DNA of 64,000 nt from Octopus bimaculoides (GCF_001194135.2 NC_068981.1:160974729-161038728), one strand, 5' to 3'. Counted from the stretch's first letter, positions 12,176 to 24,974 are shown. Made by a program: numbers and translations. Notes: a model not told the origin generated them from the letters alone.

Positions 12176-12681
12176 AATGTCTGCCATGAGCATCTCCTCA
12201 CTTTCTAGGAAAACTTGTCTACCCTGGCTTGTGCAAAATATTCTTGCCTATCTTTGTTATTCATATTTTGACTTATTTCTTGACTAACAATTCCCATTCT
12301 TTCCCTATTATCTCCAGTGTTGTTGTTTATCATATGACACCTAGCTCCATTTCTTGCACTAATTTCATTCCTTTCCTTCTGAATTAATGCTTTCCATCAT
12401 TCCTGATTTTCCTCTCTTTATTCCTGATTCTTATTTCTTCTTTTTGCCCTATTCCCAATGTTTGCCTGTATCATTTCTGCCACTCCTGATTCAATTTTTG
12501 CTGTCATGCTCTATGATCATTGTCTCCTGCAACACACTGAACTCCATTTCCATAATAAAATAATGTAAGGAACACTTCATATTGTACAGTTGATAGCACC
12601 AATATCCAGCATTTGTTGTTACACATATTTTATGAAGAAACTAAGGAACAAGGAAAAACTCTGTATCCAGGACAGACTATT

Positions 12682-13062
12682 ACTTACTTTACTTTTTTAC
12701 TTTTACTTATTTGAGTCAATTGACTGCGGCCATGCTGGAGCACCACATTTAGTCAAACAAATCGACCCCAGGACTTATTCTTTGTAAGCCTAGTACTTAT
12801 TCTATCAGTCTCGTGTGCCAAAGTGCTAAGTTACAGGGACGTAAACACACCAACACCAGTTGTCAAGTGATGGTGGGGGACAAACACAGGCACACACACA
12901 CAAACATATACATACATACATATATATATATGACGGGCTTCTTTCAGTTTCCGTCTACCAAATCCACTCACAAGGCTTTGGTCGGCCCGAGGCTATAGTA
13001 GAAGATACTTGTCCAAGGCGCCACGCAGTGGGACTGAACCTACTTACCACACTCCTGCATCT
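12682..13062 (-). mobile_element. SINE family A copy with a deletion in the head
   Basis: Reverse complement of the 2083-2497 family; the head jumps gggactgaacc|tacttaccac. Confidence 0.88.
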
Positions 13063-13989
13063 ACACAAATTTTTATGAGGAAAGTTAGGAACATGATTAA
13101 TTATTGATAATAGAATAGATGACATAGATGTTCAATCTTCATAACAGTAACTTGGTCTAAGATGCATACATTAAATCATCAGGTAAATAGTGAGAGAGAA
13201 AGCGTTTGTCTAAGACAAACACTACTGGCATGTGTGCACGTACAAACACTAATGGTGTGAACTTATGTAAACATCCTCCCCCATTTTCTTATATACACAT
13301 GTACACACACAGCTAATTGTCATTTGTGTGTGTGCATACCAATAACATCCATGTGTGTATATGAGTGTGCGTATATATATATATATGCATGTGCCAGTAG
13401 TGTTCATTTGAGTCTTTCTCTCTGTATTGCACACACACATTTCTATCACCTCCTTTCCACAGCATAACAAATTTTTTACACTACAAGAATCTATCATTAG
13501 CACTTTAATATAATAAATAGTATGAAATTTTTCACCAAGATTCTCTTCCTATCAATAACCACTGTGGTAGTGTAGGCCAGTCGAATGTATTCATTGTAAT
13601 ACCAGCTATTTTCCTAGATATGAATACATTTTTTTTATCCAATGTCAGTTCAGAATGACATGAATATAATAGACTGAGTATGTTTATTATGTACACCAGA
13701 ACAATGGAAGAGACATTACTTTCACACAACTAAACCCTTCTGGACATTTTTTTTTTGTTATTTAAGATAATTTTATGTCAGATAAGAAGATACCAATGCC
13801 AATTTTTTTAATACAATGATTTATTTTGTCACCAAGTCACCTTTGGAAATTTTGTGGCACCATTGCCCTAGATATGATACAGAAAAATTAAGTTTTTCTG
13901 TAGTATTAGTCAGATCTGTGGAAGCCATGAATCTCTAATCTACATCAATAGATAGGGTTGCCTTTACATCATTATAGACCCCAGAGTAA

Positions 13990-14320
13990 AGCAATGCACT
14001 GGGGCTTACAAAGTGTCAGGCTTACAATCATAAGGTTTGATTCCTGGACTGGGTTGTGTGTTGTATTCTTGAGTAAGACATTTTATTTCATGTTGCTCTA
14101 GAAATGAATTGTGTAGAAATGACTTGTGACATCACTGGTGCCAAGCTGTATTGGCATTTTCCTTTCTCTTGGACAACATTGATGGCTTGCAGAGGGGAGA
14201 CTGGTATGCATGGGCCGCTACTGGTCTTCCGCAAACAACTTGCCTGAATTTGTGCCTTTGAGGGGAACTTTCTAGGTGCAACGCCATGATGATTTCGTGA
14301 CTGTAGGGGATCTTTTATAG
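13990..14320 (+). mobile_element. tRNA-derived SINE, family D
   Basis: B-box-like ggtttgattcctgg and a cttgagtaagacatttt block. Homologous to 24975-25312 (-) and 53362-53700 (+). Confidence 0.82.
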
Positions 14321-14349
14321 TTTTTGTGAAATATTGTCTGGTATATATA

Positions 14350-15245
14350 AATATTTTTAAATATTCCTTTAAAACCAAAACAATGCAAGTTATAAAAATT
14401 AATAATACAGGCTAATGGTTTATAGTATTACCTGTTATTTCAATTTTTGAGTGTTAGGACCCCTTCTTTTGGAAATTTACAGAGAAAAGGCATTGATAGC
14501 TGATTTCTCTGCTCTGTGGTGTATGTGTATGAAAGGTTGGTTTGCCACTCAGCTGCATGCAGGTCATATCTGTTATAAATTAACAGGCTGTGCTCTTTTA
14601 TTTTCAAGTTTCCAGTGGTACTTCCTTTATAGAATTCTTTACATTTATTACATGTGATTTTATACACCATGTAGGGTCGCAGACATATGTTTCCATCTTT
14701 AATCGGGTAGTTGGGTAATGTACATATGGTGTGGTTTAGACTTGGCCAGTTTTTAGTTAGGATCTTTTTTGAGGAATGTCTGGAGTGTACCAGTCATATA
14801 TTCAATCTCTCCTTAGGATTGTAGCAGTTGTGTTTTTTTTTTTGTCACTCTAAAGTGGCTGTTTCAAGAAACATATTATCCTTGTATGTGTGGGTTTTGT
14901 TAGGTGGTACTCTTGATGTCCTGGCTTCTCATGAAAAAGTGTGGATAGCCAGTCTCCATCAGGGCTCTTTGGAATTTTATGGTGTTGGTGTTTCTGCTTT
15001 CTGTTTTGCTGCATTTATTGCATATCCTGTGATTCTCATATCTAATGTAGGCGATCTTAGCTCTGGTGGGCAAGGATGAATTATGATATACAAACAGGTA
15101 CCCAGCATACTGCTTTTCTATAAAAGTTAGTGGAGATGGATCCATACTCTATGATTTTGAGTTCAAAATCAAGCAGGGATAAGGAACCAGTGTTATTAGG
15201 GTGTTCCAAATTTTATATGTTCATTGATATTGTTAAATGTATTGT
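14350..15245 (-). mobile_element. Penelope-like element relic (RT thumb + GIY-YIG endonuclease + 3' region)
   Basis: Minus strand gives GYLFVYHNSSLPTRAKIAYIRYE...ALMETGYP (PLE thumb) and MVYKITCNKCKEFYKGSTTGNLKIKEH (GIY-YIG, VYxIxCxxC..YIGxT...RxxEH). Confidence 0.85.
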
Positions 15246-15249
15246 TTAT

Positions 15250-16240
15250 TTTAATGGCCATTATAATGGACAGTTTCTCCAGTTTAAGGAGTCCATTTAC
15301 AAACAAATCTCTGGACTGCCAATGGGTTGAAGCTTGTCAGGCCTACTGACCACCATTTATATGGATCAGTTAGAATGCAGGGCACTAAATGGCTGTCACT
15401 CATGTACTTTTTCACCAGATATGTAAATGACATCCTCATATTAACATCGTCTTCTGAAGAGGCTGTTCAGACAGACATGTAATATGTTCAGCAATATTGA
15501 TGAACAAATGAAATTTGAAGTGGAGCATCCCAATAACACTGGTTCCTTATCTCTGCTTGATTCTGCACCCCAGATCACAGGGAATGGATTCATCTCCACT
15601 AACAGATACATTTTAATGACAAAACAACTGCTGCAATCTGCTGTGCAACCCATAAAGAGGGACTGAATATACAACTGGCACACTCCAGTTGTATGTTCAA
15701 TCAGGCCAAGACAAAACAACATCCTATGTACATTGCTCAACTGCCTGATCAAAGTTGAAAATATGTCTGCTATTCTTCATGGTATATATAATCACGTGTA
15801 ACAAAAGTAATTAATTCTATATCAGAAATACCATTAGACAGGTTTGCATACAGTCTAAAGAAAACCTCTATTCTAATGCTTCTTCCATCAAAAAAATACC
15901 TATGGAAATGCCACACCCAAGACATTCAAGTTTCTATTGAAACCATAGACAGAAACATTGGGAACTTGAGAATAAAAGAAACTATTTTGATTAACAAGTA
16001 CAGCCTGCTAATTAATAAGTTTTGAACAGCATGCAACTCATTAGATACTATAGCAATACAAAATAATCCCTCTACACACACTATAGAGCAGAAAAAGCAG
16101 CTATCAACTTCTTTACTTTGAAAATTTCCTAAAGAACCCTGAAATATTGAAATACCAGGTAATAGTACTAACCATCGACCTGTTTTATTAATTTTTAATT
16201 ACTTGTATTGTTTTGGCTTCAAGAAAAATTTTAAAACATA
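15250..16240 (+). mobile_element. Penelope-like element relic (RT motifs B'-E + GIY-YIG + 3' region)
   Basis: GQFLQFKESIYKQISGLPMG (motif B'), RYVNDILIL (YVDD motif), MKFEVEHPNNTGSLSLLD (motif E), MVYIITCNKS..FYI (GIY-YIG). Multiple stops and frameshifts. Confidence 0.88.
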
Positions 16241-16254
16241 ATATATATATATAT

Positions 16255-16477
16255 ATCATCATCATCATCATCATCATCATCGTTTAACGTCCGCTTTCCA
16301 TGCTAGCATGGGTTGGACGATTTGACTGAGGACTGGTGAAACCGGATGGGAACACCAGGCTCCAGTCTGATTTGGCAGAGTTTCTACAGCTGGATGCCCT
16401 TCCTAACGCCAACCACTCAGAGAGTGTAGTGGGTGCTTTTACGTGTCACCCGCACGAAAACGGCCACACTCGAAATG

Positions 16478-16485
<8 letters not shown>
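16255..16485 (-). mobile_element. Young RTE 3' tail copy
   Basis: (CAT)n-cgtttaacgtccgctttccatgctagcatggg..., a near-exact reverse complement of 12000-12175. Confidence 0.9.
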
Positions 16486-16509
<24 letters not shown>

Positions 16510-16605
16510 TTGATAAGTGCCAATGCATGAAACTCTCGGTCATTTATTAATAAAAATATATATACTCATGTTTTGTGGTCTATTTTTCATGTTTGCACCA
16601 TCAAG

Positions 16606-16709
<104 letters not shown>

Positions 16710-18157
16710 TGTATAGATATATATAAATACACACACATATGCTTCCTTGTTTTTGATATCTGATAGTTATAAACAAGTTATAAATGAGTACTACTGTCAT
16801 ATAAGAAGTGTTCTTCCTTTCTAGTCTTTTGTGTAAACATGTCCAGAGGAAATGTTACCAAACTTGGCAACAGGTGACGGTTGGTGACAGGAAGTGCATC
16901 CTTCCAGCTGTAGAAAATCTTACCCATGCAAGCATGGTAAAATGGACGTTGAAATGACGACAGTGTTGGTATATAATGTCTGTCTGAGATATAGTTAATA
17001 TTGTTATTATACAGACTATAAATCTCTCTGAAATTTGAGGTCTGAAACTTATAATCTCCTTACATTCTATCTATTATTGCTATTACTACTGGTCAAATGC
17101 ATGTCATTGCTACTCAGGCTGAGCTGATTTTCACATCTTGTCTCCTCTTGACCCCATATTGTATTCTCCCTCTTCAGTTCTATCATTCAATGCTGTTTCA
17201 TGGCCTTCTTTCACAGAACATAAGCCCTTGTGAATTTCCTTCCTTTGTTAGTCTCAATTTCATCAACGTCACATGCCTATCCCTTTAAGCCAAACCAGTA
17301 TATGTATATATATATATGTATCGTCAATATCAATGTCAGTTTCTATACAAGCATAGAAAGTAGACAGTTGGGTGCCCTTCCTGTTGCCAACCCTAATGTG
17401 TTTCCAAGCAAGGTAGTACTTCCCCATGGTCAGACATATTTTCACAAAATAATGGAAATGAATGACATTGCTTGTGTGACAGTGACACTCATTTACAACT
17501 ATCATATGAGGTCAAGACAAGGAGACATATACATACACATATGTATATACATATGCATATGCATACATATGCATACTATATATATGTATATATGATAGAC
17601 TTCTTTCAATTTCCGTCTACCAGATTCTCTCACAAGGCTTTAGTTGGCTTGAGGCTATAGCAGAAGACACTTGCCCAAGGTGCTGTGTTGTGGGGTTGAA
17701 CCTGGGACCATGTGTTTGGGAAGCAAACTTCTCAATCATAAGCTAAGCTTGTGCCTATATAAGTTTTTAAACATATACAAATATTTATATCTGTGACATG
17801 GAAATATATTTTGTAATTTATTCTATACCACAGCTTAAAATTTTTAAAGGTGAATGAGCAAGAAAATTAAAATGGGACAATGATGGAGGAGACAGACATT
17901 TTTGTATAATGTTTCACCAACAGTGCAAAGTATCAACAGTGTATACATAATTGGCATGTAAAATTGATATCATACAAAACATCTTTGCATGAAAATTTCT
18001 TGTATAACATAACAGAGTATCAGCTTTCAAGAGAGCTATGGATTTAGATAGCATTCAGATTTATAAACTGCATTCTCAATAAATGACTTCTTGTTTATCT
18101 TTTAAAGATTTCTTTAAAACCTGGTTGGGAATCAAGAAATATAAAGCATAAAATTAA

Positions 18158-18372
18158 CCCTTTAGCATTTAAACTGGACATATCCAGCCCAAATATTCTA
18201 CTGTTTTACATTCATAACTGACTTGACCCAGCCTCTCACTCCTATCCTATTCTGTCATTCTAAAAATAAACAATCATTGAAATCTTGAAGCTACAAGATA
18301 ATGCATGATTAATTCAAAACAATATGAACAAATAAGCATCACATTTGACAGAGTAATTTGAAGGCTAAAGGG
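18158..18372. mobile_element. piggyBac-like MITE, 215 bp
   Basis: TTAA|CCCTTTAGC ... GCTAAAGGG|TTAA: TTAA TSD and 9-bp terminal inverted repeat. Homologous to 53155-53734. Confidence 0.85.
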
Positions 18373-18476
18373 TTAAAATAAAAAGAATATTATTTTCTTC
18401 ATTTGTTTTATTGATTACTTGGATATTTTTAGACTGTTTTATGCTGATTTTTTTCTTTGTTTCCCTATATTTCTAG

Positions 18477-18591
18477 ATTGCTGGAATCTGAAGAGAAATG
18501 TCCTATGTGCAGTGAAACTATTTTAAGAAATGAACTCACTACAGTTACTGATCCTAAAATGTTTCTTCCAACATCGCAAGGCATTGAATAG
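18477..18591 (+). CDS. WDR19: WDR19/IFT144 last coding exon with stop codon
   Basis: ttctag|A TTG... Reads (K)LLESEEKCPMCSETILRNELTTVTDPKMFLPTSQGIE*, with TAG at 18589-18591. The CPMCSE motif is WDR19-like and the phase matches the previous exon. Confidence 0.95.
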
Positions 18592-19200
18592 GCTGCACCA
18601 CGATATCTTCTGTACATTAGTCCGTCCATCTTTAAGAAGTAATTGGTTAAGATAAAAATGTCTTCATCAGAAATTTCTCTAAAACAGACATCACAATGCA
18701 GAGATTTATGTCATAAAAATTTGGCTCAAGAACCCTTTATTTAGAAAGAGGGCATATCCTATTTTTAAAATGAATGTTCATGCTGCATTTCTGGTTTAGT
18801 GTCTTTGACCAAAATGCTAGGTTCTCATATATTTATCAGTAAAGAATGGCATCTATAACTGATATGGCTTTCTTGAGTGAAAACTCATTAAAATTTAAAA
18901 ATTTATTGGAATGGTGAAAACAAATATTTGAAAAGCTTTAAAAATATTAAGAATTGTTAATTTTTTTTTTTATTTCATCTGTCAAAAAGTAAATGTAAAT
19001 CCAAACAAATTAAAACAAAAATATACTCTGAAAATGTTCATGTATTGTCAAATACTTTGCCACAAATTATCATGGGTGAAATGAAACTCACATACACAAT
19101 GTTTTGAGACAGTATATTTTCCTTTAATATTTGTTTTGTTTCAATTTCATTTCATTATATTCATTGTTCTTTCTTTTTGTTGATGTAAAAAATAACTGAT

Positions 19201-19206
19201 AATAAA
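19201..19206 (+). terminator. Probable polyadenylation signal of WDR19 (3' UTR about 18592-19220)
   Basis: First AATAAA I see after the stop, ending a ~600-bp repeat-free AT-rich stretch. It is followed by a GU-rich tract (tgtgttggt), then SINEs resume. Confidence 0.55.
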
Positions 19207-19269
19207 TATATAACAGACATGTGTTGGTAAAATGCTTTGCAATATTTATATATTTATTCTGAATTTAGA

Positions 19270-19700
19270 GTGGTGAGCTGTCAGAATCATTAGCACACCA
19301 GTCAAAATGACTAGTGGTGTTTTGTCCATCCTTACATTCTGGGTTCAAATTCTGCTAAGGTCGACTTGGCCTTTCATTACTTCAGGGTCAATAAAATAAG
19401 TACCAGTTGAGCACTGGGGTTGATGTAATCAACTTACTCTCTTCCCTGAACTTGCTGGCCTTGTACCGAAATTTGAAACTAATAATTGATCTGACTAAGG
19501 CAGTGAGCTGATAGAATTGTTAGCATGCTGAGCAAAATGCTTAGTAGAATTTCGTCTGTCTTTATGTCCTGGGTTCAAATTCTATTGAGGTTGACTTTGC
19601 CTTTCATCCTGTTGGGGTTGATAAAATAAGTACCAGTTGAACACAAGGGTTGATATAACTAACTTCTTCCCTCCCCCGAAATTGCTGGCCTTGTGCCAAA
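19270..19700 (+). mobile_element. Two adjacent older copies of SINE family B
   Basis: Each has ggtgagctg.cagaat..ttagca...gggttcaaattct...aataagtaccagttga.cac.ggg.ttgat...gctggccttgt.cc.aaattt. Confidence 0.8.
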
Positions 19701-19915
19701 ATTTTAAACCATTATTTATTCTGACTCTTTGCATTCTGTGTTCAAGTCCCATTAGGGTCAACTTTGCCTTACATCCTTCCAAGGTCAACAAAATAAGGTA
19801 TCAGTTAAATACTGGAGTTAACAACTAATGCTTTTTTTTTTTTCAAAAATGCTAGCCTTATGTGACCAAAGCCTTGTGAATGGAATTGGTAGACGGAAAG
19901 TAAAAGAATCCCATC

Positions 19916-19968
<53 letters not shown>

Positions 19969-20403
19969 TCCCCCACCACCACTTGACAACCGATGTTGTG
20001 TTTACGTCCTTGTAACTTAGTGGTTTGGCAAAAGAGGCTGATAAAATAAGTACCAGGCCAAGAAAATTAAAATAGTACTGGGGTTGACTCATTTGACTAA
20101 AAATTCTTTAAGCCATACTTACTAGTTGTATACAATGTCATATATCTATATAGTAATTTCAGAAGTGTAATTGCCAGGCATATGATTTGATCTAAAACTG
20201 TGAATTGAAACTAAAACAAATACACTCAAATATTAACCGCAAAGGCAAAGTTTTTTTCTTTCAGGGGAAGCAACTCTGAAAAGAATTTTCTCCGGTTATC
20301 TTTCTTATTAAAGCTACCTTGAAATTTACAAAATACAAAAAATTATTATTTTTTTAATGTGTTTCCACAGGTGTAGAAATCATTGATAATTGGTCCGATC
20401 TCA

Positions 20404-20732
20404 TTAGCTCTGCCTTAGCGAAGACGGAGGTATTGTTTTCAGATGTGTTTGTTTGTTTGTCCGTGGACAAGATATCTCAAGAACCGCTGGATGGATTTGT
20501 ATGAAACGTTCAGGGATGTTTGGCCTTGTGATTGGCATGAACTGATTAGATTTTGGGATCAATCTGGTGCCAGACAAGGATTCTGGATTATTTTTCCGGT
20601 GTTTTACTTAATGTTTTAGAGTGGTCGGGTTCATTTTTAGTATTCTCGTTTGTGAGAGCAGTCGAGTTTATTTCAGATGTTCACATTTTAAAATGCGTTG
20701 GCGGAAGTTTGCGCCCTCTGAGTGCTCTTGTT
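20404..20732 (+). mobile_element. Helentron-associated (HINE/DINE-like) non-autonomous element
   Basis: 5' hairpin ctctgcc-ttagcgaa-gacggag, (GTTT)n microsatellite, 3' subterminal inverted motif ggcggaag, 3' hairpin gcgccctctgagtgc, ends in TT. This is the typical HINE layout. Confidence 0.65.
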
Positions 20733-21066
20733 AAATATATTATTGGTGTTTATAGAATATATTTTGTTTTATTGCCAACTGAATTGTTGTTGTGAAGCCA
20801 TAAATCCACCCTAACCAAACAATATTCAAGTTCCTCCAACTTTCACATAAAGCCATTAGGTCTGTATTATTAAATATGTTGTTTATAGGCACAGGTGTGA
20901 CTCTGTGGTTAAGAATCTTGCTTCCCAACCATGTGGTTTTGGGTTCAGTTCCTCTGTGTGGAACCTTGGAGAAGTGTCTTCTACTGTAACTCCAGGCCAA
21001 CTATTGTCTTATGAATGAATTTGGTAGAAAGAAACTGAAAGAATCACATTGTTTATATGTGTGTGT

Positions 21067-21283
21067 GTTTACTCTTTTACTCTCTTTTACTTGTTTCAGT
21101 CATTTGACTGTGGCCATGCTGGAGCACCACCTTTAGTCGAGCAAATCGACCCTGGGACTTATTCTTTGTAAGCCTAGTACTTATTCTATTGGTTTCTTTT
21201 TGCTGAACTGCTAAGTGACGGGGACATAAACACACCAGCATCGGTTGTCAAGCAATGCTAGGAGGACAAACACAGACACACTA

Positions 21284-21314
<31 letters not shown>

Positions 21315-21486
21315 CATATATACGACGGGCTTCTTTCAGTTTCCATCTATCAAATCCACTCACAAGGCTTTGGTCGGCCGAGGCTATAGTAGAAGACACT
21401 TGCCCAAGGTGCCACGCAGTGGGACTGAACCTGGAACCATGTGGTTGGTAAGCAAGCTACTTACCACACAGCCACTCCTGCGCCTA
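21067..21486 (-). mobile_element. Full-length SINE family A copy (flanked by partial copies 20886-21010 + and 21490-21860 -)
   Basis: Ends ...ctacttaccacacagccactcctgcgcc; low divergence from the other young copies. Confidence 0.92.
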
Positions 21487-22323
21487 TACATATATTCTTT
21501 TTTTTTCTTTTATTTGTTTTAAACTGTAGTCAAACTGGGATACCACCTTGAAGAACTTTTAGTTGAACAATTCAACTCCAGTACTTCTTTTTTTTAAGCC
21601 TTGTGCTTATTCCAGTGGTCTCTTTGCCGAACCACTAAGTTATGGGTACATTACTAACCAACACCAGTTGTAAAGTGGAGGACAAACAGACACAATGATA
21701 CACACTCACACACACACACATGCACATATAGATACAATGGGCTTCTTTCAGTTTCCATCGACCAGATTCACTCACAAGGCTTTGGTCAGCCTGAGGCTAT
21801 ACTAGAAGACATTCGCCCAAGGTACCATGCAGTGGGACTGAACCCAGAACCATGTAGTTGGGAAATGTATATATATATATATATATGTGTGCATGTGTAT
21901 ATCCTTGTCTAGATATCATGTGATGGTGTAAATGATCATTATTCCCATACAAATATGGTTGTTCATTTCCAGTCTTATTTGGAAACATGTCTAGCTGCAA
22001 CAATTGACATGATGCTGAGAGATAAATCAGCATTAGAACTGAGAACAGGAAATGATAATGATCATCGTCATTTTCATCTCATCTTTCAGTACTGGCAGTA
22101 TCCCTATTATCAACATCACTATTATCATAACTAATTATGATAGTAACTTCATCACACAAGCCTCTAAGGATGCTTCTTCCTAATCTCATGATCAGCTAGA
22201 AATAGTAGCCAAGTCTTCCATAAATTACACTCTTAGAAATGAGATGTTGGGTAATGTGGTACAGTGTTCCCTGTACATAAGAAAATGTTAGGATGGTCAC
22301 ATTTGGAATGCTTTTGATCATAG

Positions 22324-22700
22324 GCACAGGAGTGGCTGTGTGGTAAGTAGCTTGCTTATTAACCATATGGTTCTGGGTTCAATCCCACTGTGTGGCATCT
22401 TGGGCAAGTGTCTTCCACTGTAGCCCCGGGCCGATCAAAGCCTTGTGAGTGGATTTGGTAGACGGAAACTGAAAGAAGCACGCTCACGTCGTATATATGT
22501 ATATATATGAGTGTGTGTATGTTTGTGTGTCTGTGTTTGTCCCCCTAACACTGTAAAGTGGTTGGCATTAGGAAGGGCATTTGGATGTAGAAACCATGCC
22601 AAATCAGATTGAAATCTGGTGCAGCTCCCCAGCTTGCTAGTTCTGGTCAAACTGCCCAACCCATGCCAGCATGGACAACGGGCATTGAATGATGATAATT
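22324..22700 (+). mobile_element. Chimeric SINE: family A head/core joined to an RTE 3' tail
   Basis: Family A sequence runs to tttgtccccc, then switches to gtggttggcattaggaagggcat...ccatgccagcatggacaacg...gatgat. Confidence 0.75.
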
Positions 22701-22984
22701 AAAAAAAACAGAATCAAAAGTCTTTCTTGAGCCATAGGCTCATAGGACTGGCTTCCCAGATTCTGAAGCATATATATTTCCCCTGGATGGGACACTGGTC
22801 CATTGCAGGGTTACTCATTTTTGCCAACAGAGTGGATTGGAGCAACATGAAATGAAGTGTTTTGCTCAAGAACACAATGAAATGCCTGATCTAGGAATCA
22901 AAGCCCCAATCTTATGATTGTGAATGCAACATCCTAACTACTAAACCTTGCTCTTCCACAATAATAATATTTATTTAAACATTT

Positions 22985-23635
22985 GCCTCATGGAGGCAAT
23001 GTGGCTGATGCCGATGCCGTGTAATAAGCACCATTTGAGCGTCGAGCCTCACAGAGGCAATCACAAATGGCCAAGACCTTTGGCATTATGCTATGTTTGA
23101 GAAGAAGACCCATTAAGCCGAGTGAAATTGTAGTCGTAGTAGATACTGGTATCATGCCACTGGCACCCATGCCGGTGGCACGTAAAAGCACCCATTACAT
23201 TCTCAGAGTGGTTGGCATTAGGAAGGGCATCCAGCCATAGAGACCATGCTGGAGTCTGGTGTAACCCCTCAGCTTGCCAGCACTGGTCAAACCATCCAAT
23301 CCATACCAGCATGGACAACGGATGTTAAATGATGATAATAATAATAATATAACGTCGGGCCGACCAAAGCCTTGTGAGTGGATTTACTAGATGGAAACTG
23401 AAAGAAGCCTGTTGTATATGTGTGTGTGTGTGTGTGTGTTTGAGTCTGTGTTTGTACCCCACCACTACTTGGCAATTGGTGTTGGTGTGTTTACACAAGA
23501 GACCGATAGAACGAGTACCAGTCTTGAAAAAAAATGTACTGGGATTGATGCATTCAACTAAAAAAATTCTACAAGGCAGTGCCCCAGCATGGCCACACAC
23601 TAATGATTGAAACAAGTAAAAGATAAAGATAAAAG
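22985..23635 (+). mobile_element. RTE 3' tail copy (to ~23350) followed by a headless SINE family A copy
   Basis: ggcacgtaaaagcaccc...ccagcatggacaacggatgttaaatgatgat, then gggccgaccaaagccttgtgagtgg...acaagtaaaagat. Confidence 0.8.
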
Positions 23636-24974
23636 ATATTGAGTTCTTTCTCAATACTTTTCTTTGAAAACATCTATTTTTACTACTAAATCATGCAGCT
23701 TCACCGTTAAAACATTAATTTTTAATGGAAACTTCAATATATCATTACTTCATTAAAAATTATGCTAAAAATTACTCTAGTCATTTATAGAAACTTAGGA
23801 AACATTACAAGAATTACTTTTTGAATTTAATTACTTTCACTTTTAATTTTAAATGAAATATCCCTCTTCATGATATATCTAATTAATAAGTTACAGGTTA
23901 AATCACACTAAAGATTTCTAGAAAGAATGAATTAGTACTATACATGATTACCCCCAGATAGAAATTAAATATGTAAATTCTATGCCTCTTCTTACTCTTA
24001 TTCCATAATTTCAAATTCAAATTTCTAATCCTGACTTGTGTTACGAGAGAATAGTTATTTCTGTTGTATTAATAGCCATAACCAGAAGGTACCACATATG
24101 CTTATATAATTATTGAAAATTACCAAATGGTACATTTACTTCCCGAAATAGTTAATTGTTTTTTTTTTTCTTCTTTACTAAAATAAAGGGTTAACGCTGA
24201 CAAACACCAGCTGCCACCACCCAAAGGTATTAGATTCTTAAAGGAAGATGATAAGGCCCTTAAGATGAAAGCAAGAACAAGGGACCCATTTTGTATTTTG
24301 TATCCAACCTGCAAAAAGCCCATCATATTTACATGTGTGTATGTGTTTGTGCCTCCTGTTTTGACATCTCATGATAGTTGTAAATGAATTTCACCATCAC
24401 ATAAGCAGTGCCATTTGTTTCCAGTCTTTCCTGAAAACATATCTAGTCATGAGGAAATAATACCTTGCTTGGAAACAAGTGAAGGTTGGCAACAGGAAAA
24501 GCATCCAGCTGTAGAAAAATCTATCACAATGAGTTCTGTCTGTCCCAGGCATGGAAAAGTGGATGATAGAATAATGATGATGATAAATAAAATAGTTTCA
24601 AATGGTAACAAGTAGTATCAATAGGATGGTTGTCTCTCTTTTGAAAATATATTTGTCTTCTACAGTTTTGTATCAGACCATTCATTGTAAGTTCTCTTTC
24701 AGTGATTTGAAATTTTAAAATGAATATTCAACAAAAAGACATAGAAATATTTTAAAATGTGTTAACTTCACAGGTATAAAAGAAAACCCAAGTAAACAAG
24801 CCAATAAGGAAGCCTCAATGTGATCCTGGAAATAGTAACCAAGTCTACCTGAAACCATACCCTATGATCATAAAACAAAAAGAACATGTTAGATAATGCT
24901 ATTCCAGACAGTTCTAAAATGTCAAGCTGAGCTGGACTAAAATACTTCTGATCTGAGGGTAAAAAAAAGGTAAG

